Assembly: GCA_037441845.1 (NCBI GenBank)
Contig: JBBIRK010000002.1
Span: forward strand, 94,854-158,853
DNA length: 64,000 nucleotides
Origin: Candidatus Zixiibacteriota bacterium
GTDB taxonomy: Bacteria; Zixibacteria; MSB-5A5; UBA10806; 4484-95
Direction of reading: 5' to 3'
This document shows positions 48,556 through 59,222 of this stretch, piece by piece. Positions within the stretch are counted from its first letter, which is position 1; every line of letters begins with the position of its first letter. The notes beneath the pieces are model-generated. The model was not told where the DNA came from. It saw nothing but the letters and a program-made list of their open reading frames with translations, and made no database searches. Made by a program: the position numbers and the translations under genes.

Positions 48556-49056
48556 TCACCGCAAAGCGAAATTCATGGAGGCGAACCGCCTTCCATTCAA
48601 TTCGTTGTCCTTGCCCGAGTCGGCTGTCGATCTCACGATCAGCTCGATTTTGATCGAATCGCCCGGTGCCATAGAGCAACGAAACGACTCGACCGTGGCA
48701 CATACCGGTATCTGTCTGCCGCCTTTGGCCTCCATGAAGATCCCCTGATATTGCCCCTGACCCAGATAATAACTCACCTGATCCACTCCGTCGAATATGG
48801 TCAACGTATCCGATAAAAAACCCGATCGGACCGCGATTTTATCCGATCTCTTTCCATCGGCGGCGGCCGCTTCCTCAAGCCGATCTCGGATTCGACTCAT
48901 GGCGATGGAAAGGCAATTGTTATCTTGGCCTGACCAAGCCGGCGCATCGAGGTTAGCTTTTTCCCGTCCGGTCCGATTGGCGATCGCGGTGGCGATCACG
49001 GATACCATAATCAATCCAATCAGCAATCTGGCGGCTGTTTGCGATAAAAAAACCAT
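48556..49056 (-). CDS. Hypothetical membrane-anchored protein upstream of pseudopilin/pilM
   Basis: 166 aa, N-terminal TM helix, no recognisable motif. Possible minor pilus or assembly component by position only. Confidence 0.4.
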   Translation of the reverse strand: MVFLSQTAARLLIGLIMVSVIATAIANRTGREKANLDAPAWSGQDNNCLSIAMSRIRDRLEEAAAADGKRSDKIAVRSGFLSDTLTIFDGVDQVSYYLGQGQYQGIFMEAKGGRQIPVCATVESFRCSMAPGDSIKIELIVRSTADSGKDNELNGRRFASMNFALR

Positions 49057-49307
49057 AGTTCACCTTTTCCGGCAACGCAAGAAAAATGCCCGGCTGGAAA
49101 AATTTGCGCTTATTCATCTAATCCTCGGGCAATCGCTTAAATGCCTTCGGACAGGCGCTTGTTAAACCGCTTCAAGCCGCATATATTTTATGGGATTATA
49201 TTGACTGATTATGGGAAATTTCCCATACCGGCGATTCCGGCGTGAAAGCCTCTCCGGCGAACATCAACCGCGCAATTTCAGACGATACGATTCGAACGGC
49301 ATGGCCG

Positions 49308-51341
49308 TCACTTGAGCAGAGTCATCGAACGGGTTAAAATCCGGCTATCGTGCCTAAGGCGATAGAAATAGATTCCGGACGCCGCGGGCCGGCCCTCGTC
49401 ATCGGTCCCATCCCAGGAGAAGTTATACGTTCCCTCCCCCAATGGTCCGGCGAAAACCGATTTTACCAGCCGTCCGCTTATATCGAATACGGCGATATAG
49501 GCGTTTCCGATCTCCGGAACGCTGACGCAAAACGACGTAGCCCCATTGAACGGATTCGGGAAATTCCGACCCAGCGAAACGGATCGTGGTTTGAATCCGC
49601 CGTCCTCTATAGAGGATTCTTGTCGCGCATGTTTGACAATCCAGTTATTCGGATCGAAAACCATCCCCGTCGGCTCGAACGGCAAATCGATTTGAAATGT
49701 CTCGGATTCTTGGCTGTTGAACACGGTCAACAACGTATCGTTGGAATTACCCTCGACTAATAATTGAATCGGCATGCTGAACACCGTGGAATTCGTTTGG
49801 GTCTGCACGATATCCAGAACCATCCGCCATCCTTGGCCGTTCGGATAGGAGTGATACGAATAGCCGTATTCGGGATAACCTTGTTCGTATATCCATTCGT
49901 GGAAAAAATAATCCAAATCGACCCCGGCGACCGTTTCCACTGCGTCGCGGAAATCCTCGGTGCTGGCGTTTCCATAGGCATAAAGGTCGGCGTAATGCAG
50001 GAACGCCTCGAAAAAATGATCGTCGCCCACGATACCGCGCAGCATATGCAATACCAGCGCCCCTTTGATATATTCGGCGAGATTGAAATAGTAGTCGGGA
50101 TCGAAAAGCGGAAAGCGCCCCACATGTTCGTCATAGTAAAAATAGGTGTTCATATATGATTGAATCCGTGAGTCGTAGGCTTGTCGTCCGTTCCGATATT
50201 CCGCATAAAGCGCCTCGGCGTAAGTGGCGAACCCCTCGTTCAGCCAGATATGCCGGAAATCCGACATGGTGACCATATCCCCCCACCACTGGTGAGCCAG
50301 CTCGTGGGCGATCCCGTATTCGCTTGCGCGGTTGCCGTTTATCCATGACCGGTTTATCGTGGTCATCGTTTGATGCTCCATGCCGCCGTATTGGAACGGC
50401 TGAACCGCAACCATGCCGTAGCTGTCGAAAGGATAGGCGCCGAAATAATTATTGAACGCTTCCATCATGAGCGGCACCGCGGCGAAATCATAGGCCGCCG
50501 CCGCCGAATCCTCGGGATAGACAAAGTAGGTGCAGGATATCGAATCACCGAGGCCGTCCGGAACGTTCACCTCCCAGACCGTATAGTCGCCGACTCCGAG
50601 GCAGATAAGATAGGTCGTTATTTGATGCGGTTCGCGATAGTGAAAAGTGGTGTATCCGCCGATCGTATCGATCGCCAGCAATGTGCCGTTCGATGCCACC
50701 TCGATACCTATCGGCACCCGGCAACTGATATCCGCGGTCGCCTTGTCCCAGGGCTCGTCGAAACAGGGGAACCACCAGCGGGCGTCATACGGCTCGGCCA
50801 TCGTATATGAATTACGCGGGTAAAAATAAAATCCCCGTTGCTGGGCGACATCGTGGAAATAAACCGAAAATGCGAAAGTGTCACCCGGCGGATATGCCGA
50901 GGGCAGAGTTATCGTCAGCGATGAATCACCGCGCACAAAAGCCAGGGGTGCCCCTGAATCGCTTTTTGCCGAATCCGCGGTCAGATGCATCATATGCAGC
51001 GTAACTTGACTTAAATTCGCCTGATTGGAAACAGCCGTCAATCTCACAAAACCGGCGAAATTTCCCGATAAGTACGGCACATCCATGTAAATGTCATAGT
51101 GCACGGCATCGAACGCGTGCGCCGAATCGAACATGACGCGCGGGGCGAGCCATTCGGGTTTCTCCGGCCGCAGCACGAACTGCCAGGGATCGATACCGCC
51201 AGTACATCCCGAACCGACACAGCCCCAAACATCGCCCCAAAAGAGAAACAACACCGATACGACAGCGGCGATCACCGACGATCGACATCCTGCGATAGCC
51301 GCGATCGATCGTGTCATTTTCTTGACATGTGCAAATTCCAT
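49308..51341 (-). CDS. M1-family zinc aminopeptidase (aminopeptidase N-like) with T9SS C-terminal sorting domain
   Basis: 677 aa. GGMEH (GAMEN-type exopeptidase motif). HELAHQWWG...NEGFATY (HEXXH-X18-E). C-terminal NFPNPFN...GIYFYRL...MTLLK. Confidence 0.85.
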   Translation of the reverse strand: MEFAHVKKMTRSIAAIAGCRSSVIAAVVSVLFLFWGDVWGCVGSGCTGGIDPWQFVLRPEKPEWLAPRVMFDSAHAFDAVHYDIYMDVPYLSGNFAGFVRLTAVSNQANLSQVTLHMMHLTADSAKSDSGAPLAFVRGDSSLTITLPSAYPPGDTFAFSVYFHDVAQQRGFYFYPRNSYTMAEPYDARWWFPCFDEPWDKATADISCRVPIGIEVASNGTLLAIDTIGGYTTFHYREPHQITTYLICLGVGDYTVWEVNVPDGLGDSISCTYFVYPEDSAAAAYDFAAVPLMMEAFNNYFGAYPFDSYGMVAVQPFQYGGMEHQTMTTINRSWINGNRASEYGIAHELAHQWWGDMVTMSDFRHIWLNEGFATYAEALYAEYRNGRQAYDSRIQSYMNTYFYYDEHVGRFPLFDPDYYFNLAEYIKGALVLHMLRGIVGDDHFFEAFLHYADLYAYGNASTEDFRDAVETVAGVDLDYFFHEWIYEQGYPEYGYSYHSYPNGQGWRMVLDIVQTQTNSTVFSMPIQLLVEGNSNDTLLTVFNSQESETFQIDLPFEPTGMVFDPNNWIVKHARQESSIEDGGFKPRSVSLGRNFPNPFNGATSFCVSVPEIGNAYIAVFDISGRLVKSVFAGPLGEGTYNFSWDGTDDEGRPAASGIYFYRLRHDSRILTRSMTLLK

Positions 51342-51359
51342 CGCCGCAATTTTCCCCCG

Positions 51360-54300
51360 CTATTTCACCAAAGTGACCGCCTTGGTGCTCGCATACGATC
51401 CCGCTTTCGCCCGGACGAAATATACCCCGGATCCGACCGGCTCGCCTTCGTCGTTTCTTCCGTCCCAAAGAATCCGATTATAACCGGCCTCGACCTCCCC
51501 TAAATCGAGCCGCCTGATCGCTCTTCCCAAAACGTCGTAAATGTCGATTTGCACTTTCTGCTTCGCCGACATCTGCAGCACGATCCGCGCCTGTGAATTG
51601 AAAGGATTCGGATAGATCCCCTCTATCGAAAACGCCGTCGGAACCGCATCGCCCTTATCTGCGATTGCGGTGGGCGCAGCCACGGCCAACGCCACATTAT
51701 CAATAAGCATGCCGAAACTGGAACCGCTCTCGTCGGATAAGAAACGGAAACCGAAATAAACCTCGCCGCCCGTTATACCGCAGAATTCGGACAGATCGAC
51801 CTCGAAATTCCGCCACTGACTCGCTCCTGACAAGCCGGCCAGACGTGTCCAAGGTCCGTTCGGATTCCGCGCCGCCACCACGAAACAACTGTCGCCGTTC
51901 GCCAACAAATAACGAGTGCGAAAACTCAATGAGGCGCTGTCGTAGCGAGTGAAATCGTAATGTATCCGATTTCGAATCAAAGCGTCCATGTTGTTTGGGT
52001 AGTTCCCCTCGCCGGTTCTCAAAGAGTGCGGCGATTGATACCCCTGACCATCGACTATCACCCAGCCCGGAAAGACATGATACCAACTCAAGTTGCCGTT
52101 TTCGAAATCATCGACCAACTCTTGCGAACTTATGGCGAAAGCGTAATACCCCGCCGAGGGCGCGACGGCCCGGTTATGCAAATATGCGTTATCACGGCAG
52201 TAGAACCGATAGAATACGGTGTCCCCCAAGAAAAGCGTCCGCGCCGGCACCAGAGAGTTTAAGATAAAAGCGCCGGCGGAGTCGGAATAGGGCACGGCGA
52301 TCGTATCCTCGGTTTCGGCGTTTATGCGGAACACCAGCGCGCCGCTGCCGTTATCGATACCGTGTACATCGGTGGCTCGAAATATGAACGGCCCGAACGG
52401 CCCATTCAGCCTCACGCTGTTGCGAGGCAGAAACACCATTTCGATCTGAGGAGCTATTGTATCATATCCGACATAGAACGAATGTTGCACCGCCGGAGCC
52501 TCCGTCGGGTTTGTCCCCCGAAAACCGAGATTATCGACAGCCTCTATATAATAACTGACCGTAGTCCCGAATCGCTGGGCTGGGATGCTGCCGAACCATT
52601 CGGCGCCGCCGCCGTTGGTCATCGCCGAAGTAAAAGAATCGCCGCCGATAAAATAATGGATTTCCACCCGTCCCTGATCGAAAGCGTTTACTCCGCTTAT
52701 CAACGCCGTCAACTGATAGGCATTGAGCGAATCCTCGGTATCGGTCAGCGGCGCATGGCTGATATCGATTTGAATTCCGGGACCGATGCCGTGAAGATTT
52801 CCGAAACTGTAATAGATCTCATAAGCGTGGGGCGTTCCGTTGTCGATATTGCCGTCGTCGTCATCGGTGACCAAAACATCCCAGAAATAGCTCTCGAAAT
52901 CCGGAGCGTAGCCGTACTTGGCGAAATGCCACAAAGTTTCAGCGTAACCGAAACGCGCCGCCAACAATTCGCGCAGATCCCAGAGGGCGCCCGCTATTAT
53001 CTGACCGTCGTTGTGCGATTCGCCGTTCCAGTGTATCGGGTAACGGCGGTTGTTGTCGACCGTCCGCAAATATGTCCCGGGGCCGAAAAAGCCGCGACCT
53101 ATCAGCGGCTGGCCGGTCACTATCGCCGCCAGAAAGTCGGAAAAACCCTCGTGCATGGCCCCGTTGGGATCCTCAGCTCCGCCGGCGTCATATTGAAGAT
53201 TGGTCAGGCCGTGACCATACTCATGATGTATCACGTCCGCGATCTGAGCGATATTGGGACAGCCGCCTCCCTCGCGGTAAAAATTGATCGATCTGTCGGT
53301 CCGCGAATAATAAGCGTTGCAGCTGCCGTCGACATTCACCCGGCAAATCATCTGAAAATCCATCGCCGTCAGATTCGGATCCAAGTCCTTGATATAATCA
53401 TGCACTTCCTGACCATGATAGAATGCGTTCCTCTGGGGCAACGTGGAGTTGCCGTCGTTCCAGAGAATCTGAATGCTGTCTCCGGGATTTACCGATGCGG
53501 TAAAAAATGCGTTACTGCCGTTGCTGTTTATCACCCTCATGAACGGGCCCCGTAAATATGCGTCGAGCTCGACCGATCCCGGACCGGAAACATCGAAACC
53601 GAATTGGCCGCCGGAGTCGGAGGTGTCGATAATATCATTATTAGCGTATATGTAAGTATTGGCGAATCCTTCATTGATCTGATTCTCATAAGGATTGCTC
53701 GGCTGAATCAAACCGCCTACGTCGCCGGAAATCCTTTCATACGGTATAATGTTCTCTCTCCAAACGACCTCGCGGGTACGAGCATCGATAAACGCCCGCC
53801 ACTCGGCAACGGGTGAAACGGTGTATATCTCGAACATCCAGCAAAGGCGGTATTCGATTCTCGAATCGAAAATCAAAGGAAGCACCACCAGTTTCGATTC
53901 CGTTATCTTGTCGGTTTCGGGGTCGAATGCGATTCCGCCGGTGGCGGTCGATCGGCAAACCGCTTCGTCCAGTGCGGGAAAGTGATCTATCGCAATGCCC
54001 GGGAACAACTCTCCTCTGGCGAAAAACACCGTTCCGCCAGGACTAACCCTCAAACCGAGATGGCTCCCCCATACATCTATCCCTTGATATGTTTGCTTGA
54101 ATTCGAAATAATGAGATTTGCCCAAAACCTGCCGCGATGACAGAAATCTGAACTCCTTCGGATCGATTCCGGCGAATTCGGCGCGGAACCGGCCGATAAA
54201 TTCCGCGATCAGCTCGGTTGCATTCCCGATTCCGACGGCGGTGCGGTAATTCGTCGATAAGGCCCTCGGAGTACCCGATTGGACATTAATTCTATAAATC

Positions 54301-54452
54301 TCCCCGAAATCGGCCGACCTCGTGTCCACGCCGGGCGCGGCTGTTTGTGAATGCAACCCCGGCCTGACCACCGTTCCCGGCATCTCTCCGGCGAAATCCA
54401 GCGCCGAAAGAGGCGCTGCACTAAGCAATATCAACATGACGATAATGTACAT
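51360..54452 (-). CDS. Large secreted zincin metalloprotease (M36 fungalysin / M4-like, with FTP propeptide-like region) and T9SS C-terminal sorting domain
   Basis: 1030 aa. HEYGHG zinc motif and downstream EGFSD (Glu-containing third-ligand motif). N-terminal FTP/PepSY-like segment. C-terminal YPNPFN...GVYFVRA...VTLVK. Confidence 0.7.
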   Translation of the reverse strand: MYIIVMLILLSAAPLSALDFAGEMPGTVVRPGLHSQTAAPGVDTRSADFGEIYRINVQSGTPRALSTNYRTAVGIGNATELIAEFIGRFRAEFAGIDPKEFRFLSSRQVLGKSHYFEFKQTYQGIDVWGSHLGLRVSPGGTVFFARGELFPGIAIDHFPALDEAVCRSTATGGIAFDPETDKITESKLVVLPLIFDSRIEYRLCWMFEIYTVSPVAEWRAFIDARTREVVWRENIIPYERISGDVGGLIQPSNPYENQINEGFANTYIYANNDIIDTSDSGGQFGFDVSGPGSVELDAYLRGPFMRVINSNGSNAFFTASVNPGDSIQILWNDGNSTLPQRNAFYHGQEVHDYIKDLDPNLTAMDFQMICRVNVDGSCNAYYSRTDRSINFYREGGGCPNIAQIADVIHHEYGHGLTNLQYDAGGAEDPNGAMHEGFSDFLAAIVTGQPLIGRGFFGPGTYLRTVDNNRRYPIHWNGESHNDGQIIAGALWDLRELLAARFGYAETLWHFAKYGYAPDFESYFWDVLVTDDDDGNIDNGTPHAYEIYYSFGNLHGIGPGIQIDISHAPLTDTEDSLNAYQLTALISGVNAFDQGRVEIHYFIGGDSFTSAMTNGGGAEWFGSIPAQRFGTTVSYYIEAVDNLGFRGTNPTEAPAVQHSFYVGYDTIAPQIEMVFLPRNSVRLNGPFGPFIFRATDVHGIDNGSGALVFRINAETEDTIAVPYSDSAGAFILNSLVPARTLFLGDTVFYRFYCRDNAYLHNRAVAPSAGYYAFAISSQELVDDFENGNLSWYHVFPGWVIVDGQGYQSPHSLRTGEGNYPNNMDALIRNRIHYDFTRYDSASLSFRTRYLLANGDSCFVVAARNPNGPWTRLAGLSGASQWRNFEVDLSEFCGITGGEVYFGFRFLSDESGSSFGMLIDNVALAVAAPTAIADKGDAVPTAFSIEGIYPNPFNSQARIVLQMSAKQKVQIDIYDVLGRAIRRLDLGEVEAGYNRILWDGRNDEGEPVGSGVYFVRAKAGSYASTKAVTLVK

Positions 54453-54754
54453 CGAACCCTCGTTTCGAAATTATTTTCCCATTGTCGTAATATAGCGATT
54501 TTTGCATTTTGTCCAATCATTATTAATACCGGGAAATCCATTTCGATCCCGCCTGTCAATTTAACAAAAATCCTCAGCCGGCTGTTTCCATTGATTATGG
54601 GCGTCGATGGTTATGACGAAATTTCACCGCGGCCGGATTAGCGCGGGCGCCTCTTCGCCGTTCGAGCCGCCGTTTGCCGTTCGGCGTAAAGTGGCGCGTA
54701 AATCTGACGATAACTTTCATGTAGATAGTGGGGAAACCATAACCGGGAGTCCTT

Positions 54755-56839
54755 ATGATTATATGCGAAAATTGCGGCGCCGTAAACCTGTTCGATGGGG
54801 CCACCAATTGCAAAAAATGCCATGAACCTCTGGTCGCCAAAGCCTCGGCATCGCCCGTCCCCCGAACATTCGGGATACAGAGCGCATCCGAAGAAAGTGA
54901 AGTCTCCCCGACTGCGGCCAGCGCCGCCGAAACTTACGACAAAACCGCGGCCATCGGCGCTCCAGAAAGCCCGGCCGCAGAATCGCATCCGGATTTCGAT
55001 ATAAAAGAGGTCGATTTCGATTCGAGGCATGACGACCTGGCGATCGCCCAACCTGCCGATCAGGAAAATCCCGAAAAGAAAGAAGAAAACCTCGTCCCCG
55101 AAACCATACAGAAAGAACTTACTCTGTATCGCGACGATGAGATGCAGGTGAGGATGGAGCACACGGCCGACGGCCCGGCCATCACTCTCACCGGCAAACT
55201 CGACTATGCCGAAAGCGAACCGCAAGAAATCGAAAAACCCGAGTCGATCATACCCGCCATTAGCGATGACGACCTGGCCCTGAAAAATACCGAAGATCAG
55301 TCGGTTACCAAAAAGATAATCATCAACCCCCAGATCGAAAAGCGTGCCAGAATCGAACCGCAACCCAGAGAAATGGTCACGGCCGATGAGCAGCCGCAAG
55401 AAGAAAAACAATCGGTCGAAAAACCCAGCGCCGAATTTCTGAAAAAACTGTCCGGCGAACAGATCAAGACCAGAGCCGTCGCCTTTTTCGAGGGTAACTC
55501 CGTGCGCTTCAGCGGCGTAAAACTATCCAACGGCGACCGAATAATCCTCAACGAAAAAGAATTCGAACTAATTCATAAAAAAACCAACAAGAAACCTCTT
55601 TACTCCCTGATCGCCGGCGCATTATTGATTTTCTTCGCAGCATCGGCTTATCTCATGACCCGGACTCCGACCGACGGCCGGATCGTAGGCACGGCCAGGG
55701 ATCAGCTCACCGGCCAGATTTTGCCGTCGGTGAATGTAACCATAAAGGAGCTCGGCAGAACCGCCCAGGTCAACCAGGCCGGCTTCTTCGTTTTCGAAAA
55801 AATTCCCGAGGGAATTTACACCATCGAATGCGCCGCCTTCGGATATCAGCCGATCAGCGACCGCTTGACCGTTCTGAAAAATAAGACGAGCACAACCAAT
55901 TTGATATTCCGGCGACCGGAAAACGAACCGACTGCGGACAATTCCGCCCCCGGACAGCAATCGAATTCGACATCGGAAACGAAAACTCTACCCCTTCGTC
56001 TCAGCGCCACCCCTTCCGAGGCGAAAATTTATGTGGACGGAAGACTCGTGGGAACCGGCACTGCGGACACGCGGCTTCCCTCCGGCAGGCACAAAATTTC
56101 GATAAAATATGCCGGCTACAAGGAATATTCACAAACGTTCGAGCTGGCCGAGACAGGACCTAAATCGCTCAATATCATGCTCGAAAAACTTCCTGCCGCG
56201 GCGCCGCCCAAAAGCGACCTCGAAATCGCCGCCGACCTCGAAAGCCAAAGTAATTTCGATAAAGCATTGGAAAAATACCAGGCTATCCTGCGCAAAAACC
56301 CTAATGACGTGTCCGCGCTGCTCGGCCAGGCCAGATGTTACCGGGCGGTCGGGAACACCGAATACGCCCTGTCATCGTACCTGAAAGCCTCGAAAAGCGC
56401 CTCGGACAAAGGCGATACCGACAAACAATTGATCGCCTTGGGCGGAGTCCTCCAAATTAACCCGAACTACCTGACCGCCCTCTACAGCCGCGGCAATATC
56501 TATTTCAATCGCGGAGATTATGCCGCCGCTATCGCCGATTTCAGCAAAGTCATAAACATCGATCCGCGCCATCTCAATGCCCATTACAAACTCGCCGAAT
56601 CTTATCACAAATCGGGCAATTTCGCTTCTGCGCTCGAGGCCTACGAACAAACGCTGAAAATCAATTTCGCCGATGCCAAACCTTATGCCTACATGGCCGA
56701 AATCTATCTGGCCATGGGAGATATCAAGAACACGCGAAAATACTTCGACAAATTCGAAAAAGGCGCAGACATCTCCACCAAAAACAAGTTCGCCTCCGAC
56801 CCGGAATGGCTGAAAGTAAAACAAGCTATCGCCAGATAA
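54755..56839 (+). CDS. Membrane-anchored protein with N-terminal zinc ribbon, CarboxypepD_reg-like and PEGA domains and C-terminal TPR repeats
   Basis: 694 aa. CENCG...CKKCH zinc ribbon, a TM helix at about residue 290, GRIVGTARD...GIYTIE (carboxypeptidase-regulatory-like beta sandwich), a PEGA-like segment, then TPR repeats. Confidence 0.6.
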   Translation: MIICENCGAVNLFDGATNCKKCHEPLVAKASASPVPRTFGIQSASEESEVSPTAASAAETYDKTAAIGAPESPAAESHPDFDIKEVDFDSRHDDLAIAQPADQENPEKKEENLVPETIQKELTLYRDDEMQVRMEHTADGPAITLTGKLDYAESEPQEIEKPESIIPAISDDDLALKNTEDQSVTKKIIINPQIEKRARIEPQPREMVTADEQPQEEKQSVEKPSAEFLKKLSGEQIKTRAVAFFEGNSVRFSGVKLSNGDRIILNEKEFELIHKKTNKKPLYSLIAGALLIFFAASAYLMTRTPTDGRIVGTARDQLTGQILPSVNVTIKELGRTAQVNQAGFFVFEKIPEGIYTIECAAFGYQPISDRLTVLKNKTSTTNLIFRRPENEPTADNSAPGQQSNSTSETKTLPLRLSATPSEAKIYVDGRLVGTGTADTRLPSGRHKISIKYAGYKEYSQTFELAETGPKSLNIMLEKLPAAAPPKSDLEIAADLESQSNFDKALEKYQAILRKNPNDVSALLGQARCYRAVGNTEYALSSYLKASKSASDKGDTDKQLIALGGVLQINPNYLTALYSRGNIYFNRGDYAAAIADFSKVINIDPRHLNAHYKLAESYHKSGNFASALEAYEQTLKINFADAKPYAYMAEIYLAMGDIKNTRKYFDKFEKGADISTKNKFASDPEWLKVKQAIAR

Positions 56840-56939
56840 AAACGGCAGTCCCCCGAATTACGCCGGAAGCGGGCCGCTTCCGGTTTTTTTATTTTGACTT
56901 TTCCGGCCGCGCCATCATATTCCCGATTCAGGAACCGAT

Positions 56940-57644
56940 ATGCGTCAAACGGAAAATCCGAACGACCGATCCCGGAGGCAACCGCCGCCCATGCAGAAAT
57001 TGCTGCTGGCGGTCTTTCTGATAATTTACCCGGCCGTTCATTTTATCCTGAATCGAATCAGTCCTCCCTCGCCACAGAACGTGGAATCGAGAATAATCGA
57101 CATCTATCTGCCCGCTTTATTCCTCCAACTGCTCGTATTCGCCTCGATTTACCTGGCGCTGAAAATCAATTGCGAAAATCTGGCGTCCGTCGGTTTGAGA
57201 AAACGAGACCTTACATTAGCCAATCTCGCAATCGGGCTGCTTTTTCTTCTGGGCTCGGTCTTGTTTCTCAACGTCTTGGCCTCGGTGATCAGCCGCCACA
57301 CCAACTACGACCCGGCTGCAGTAAACTTCGTCTTGCCGCGCAGTCCGGCCGAACGAATCGTCTGGATCATCATCGCCGTCGGAGCGGGCATATCCGAGGA
57401 AATCTGTTTCCGCGGCTTTATAATCACCCGGCTTGGCCAAATGACCGGCTCGATTTGGCCCGGCGTATTCGTGGGATCGCTGAGTTTCGGCGTTAGCCAC
57501 GGCTATCAGGGCGGCGGCGGCGTGATTTTAATTTCGGTTTACGGTTTACTTTTCGCCCTGTTGTTCGTCGCCAGAGGGTCGCTGGTGCCGTGCATTATCG
57601 CTCACTCGTTGCAGGATATTATGGCCTCTTTCGGCGCAACATGA
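56940..57644 (+). CDS. CPBP family intramembrane glutamic endopeptidase (CAAX protease/Abi-like)
   Basis: 234 aa. Motif 1 EEICFRG, motif 2 FGVSHG, motif 3 HSLQD, and multiple TM helices. Confidence 0.75.
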   Translation: MRQTENPNDRSRRQPPPMQKLLLAVFLIIYPAVHFILNRISPPSPQNVESRIIDIYLPALFLQLLVFASIYLALKINCENLASVGLRKRDLTLANLAIGLLFLLGSVLFLNVLASVISRHTNYDPAAVNFVLPRSPAERIVWIIIAVGAGISEEICFRGFIITRLGQMTGSIWPGVFVGSLSFGVSHGYQGGGGVILISVYGLLFALLFVARGSLVPCIIAHSLQDIMASFGAT

Positions 57645-57774
57645 CGTGTACAAATAGTTCTTCTTTACAATCGACCGGAGTTTGATTACTTTATGCCCAT
57701 TAAAATTCCATCGGTCCTGATCAAAAAGGTTCGATTTTGGGAAAAGCGGGGCAAAACCACAAGGAGATATTACG

Positions 57775-59163
57775 ATGCTACCCAATAGTTCTTTCGAATT
57801 CATGCCGGAACCGTATCGCACCAAATCGATCGAAAAGATACGCCTTCTGCCGCGGCCCGAAAGGATCAAATGCCTCGAGGCCGCGCGCTACAACATTTTC
57901 AAAATCCGAGCCGCCGATATCTTTATCGACCTATTGACCGATTCGGGAACCTCGGCGATGAGCGATAATCAGTGGGCCGGACTTATGGTCGGCGACGAAT
58001 CGTATGCCTGCTGCCGAAATTTCTATACGTTCGAAGAAACCGTTCATCGTATCACCGGCCTGAAACACGTAATCCCCGTGCACCAGGGAAGGGTGGCTGA
58101 AAACATATTGTTTTCGAACGTTCTCGAACCGGGCGATTATGTCCCCTCCAACACCCATTTCGATACCACCCGTGCCAATATAGAACACCATCGGGCGACC
58201 GCGGTCGATCTGGTTTGTCCTGCCGGACGCAATCCATCGATCGACGTTCCGTTCAAGGGAAATATCGACCTCGATCAGGTGGAGGACCTGATAAAAAAGG
58301 TCGGACCATCGAAAATCCCGCTCGGCATGCTGACCGTAACCAATAACGCCGGCGGCGGTCAGCCGGTGTCGCTCGCCAATATCCGTGCTTACAGTCAGCT
58401 TTTGCACCGCTATGGGATACCGTTTTATATCGATGCCTGCCGCTATGCCGAAAACTGTTATTTCATAAAACATCGTGAGCCCGGACAGGGTGGAAGGTCC
58501 ATCGAGGAGATCGCCGCCGAAATGTTTTCCTATGCCGATGGCTGCACCATGTCGGCTAAGAAGGACGGCCTGGCCAATATCGGCGGATTTTTGGCCACCA
58601 ACGATGACGATCTGGCCGTCAAGCTGAGGAACATGTTGATCTTGATCGAGGGATTCCCGACCTATGGCGGCTTGGCCGGCCGCGACCTCGAGGCGATCGC
58701 CCGCGGCCTTATCGAGGCCCTCGATGAAGATTATCTCGCCTACAGAATCAACCAGGTGCGTATGTTCGGAGAAATGTTGACGAGTGCGGGAATCCCGATC
58801 GTGCAGCCTCCCGGGGGCCATGCCATTTTCATCGATGTCAACTCCTTTTTACCTGATTTTCCGCGCGACCGCTATCCCGGTTGGGCTTTGACTGTGGCTT
58901 TGTATAGAGAGGGCGGAGTCAGGGCGGTCGAGGTCGGCGGCGTCATGCTCGGTCGCCGGCCCGATGGCAACGAAAAATATCCGGAAATGGAACTGGTGAG
59001 ATTGGCCGTCCCGCGCCGGGTTTATTCGATGGCGCACCTGGGTTATGTGACCTCGATATTCAAGCTGATAGCGGATAAAAAAGATCTGGTCAGGCCCCTG
59101 CGCATAATCTACCAGCCCGCCGTCCTACGCCACTTCACTGCCGAATTCGAGGAAATCGGATAA
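57775..59163 (+). CDS. tnaA: Tryptophanase / tyrosine phenol-lyase family beta-eliminating lyase
   Basis: 462 aa. N-terminus PEPYRTKSIE...DLLTDSGT...VHQGRVAENILF. PLP-Lys region SAKKDGLANIGG. Confidence 0.8.
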   Translation: MLPNSSFEFMPEPYRTKSIEKIRLLPRPERIKCLEAARYNIFKIRAADIFIDLLTDSGTSAMSDNQWAGLMVGDESYACCRNFYTFEETVHRITGLKHVIPVHQGRVAENILFSNVLEPGDYVPSNTHFDTTRANIEHHRATAVDLVCPAGRNPSIDVPFKGNIDLDQVEDLIKKVGPSKIPLGMLTVTNNAGGGQPVSLANIRAYSQLLHRYGIPFYIDACRYAENCYFIKHREPGQGGRSIEEIAAEMFSYADGCTMSAKKDGLANIGGFLATNDDDLAVKLRNMLILIEGFPTYGGLAGRDLEAIARGLIEALDEDYLAYRINQVRMFGEMLTSAGIPIVQPPGGHAIFIDVNSFLPDFPRDRYPGWALTVALYREGGVRAVEVGGVMLGRRPDGNEKYPEMELVRLAVPRRVYSMAHLGYVTSIFKLIADKKDLVRPLRIIYQPAVLRHFTAEFEEIG

Positions 59164-59222
59164 GGGCGATTCGGTCATATCGCCATACCCTCGGCTTTCG
59201 AGACTTCACCGATCGCCGCGTG

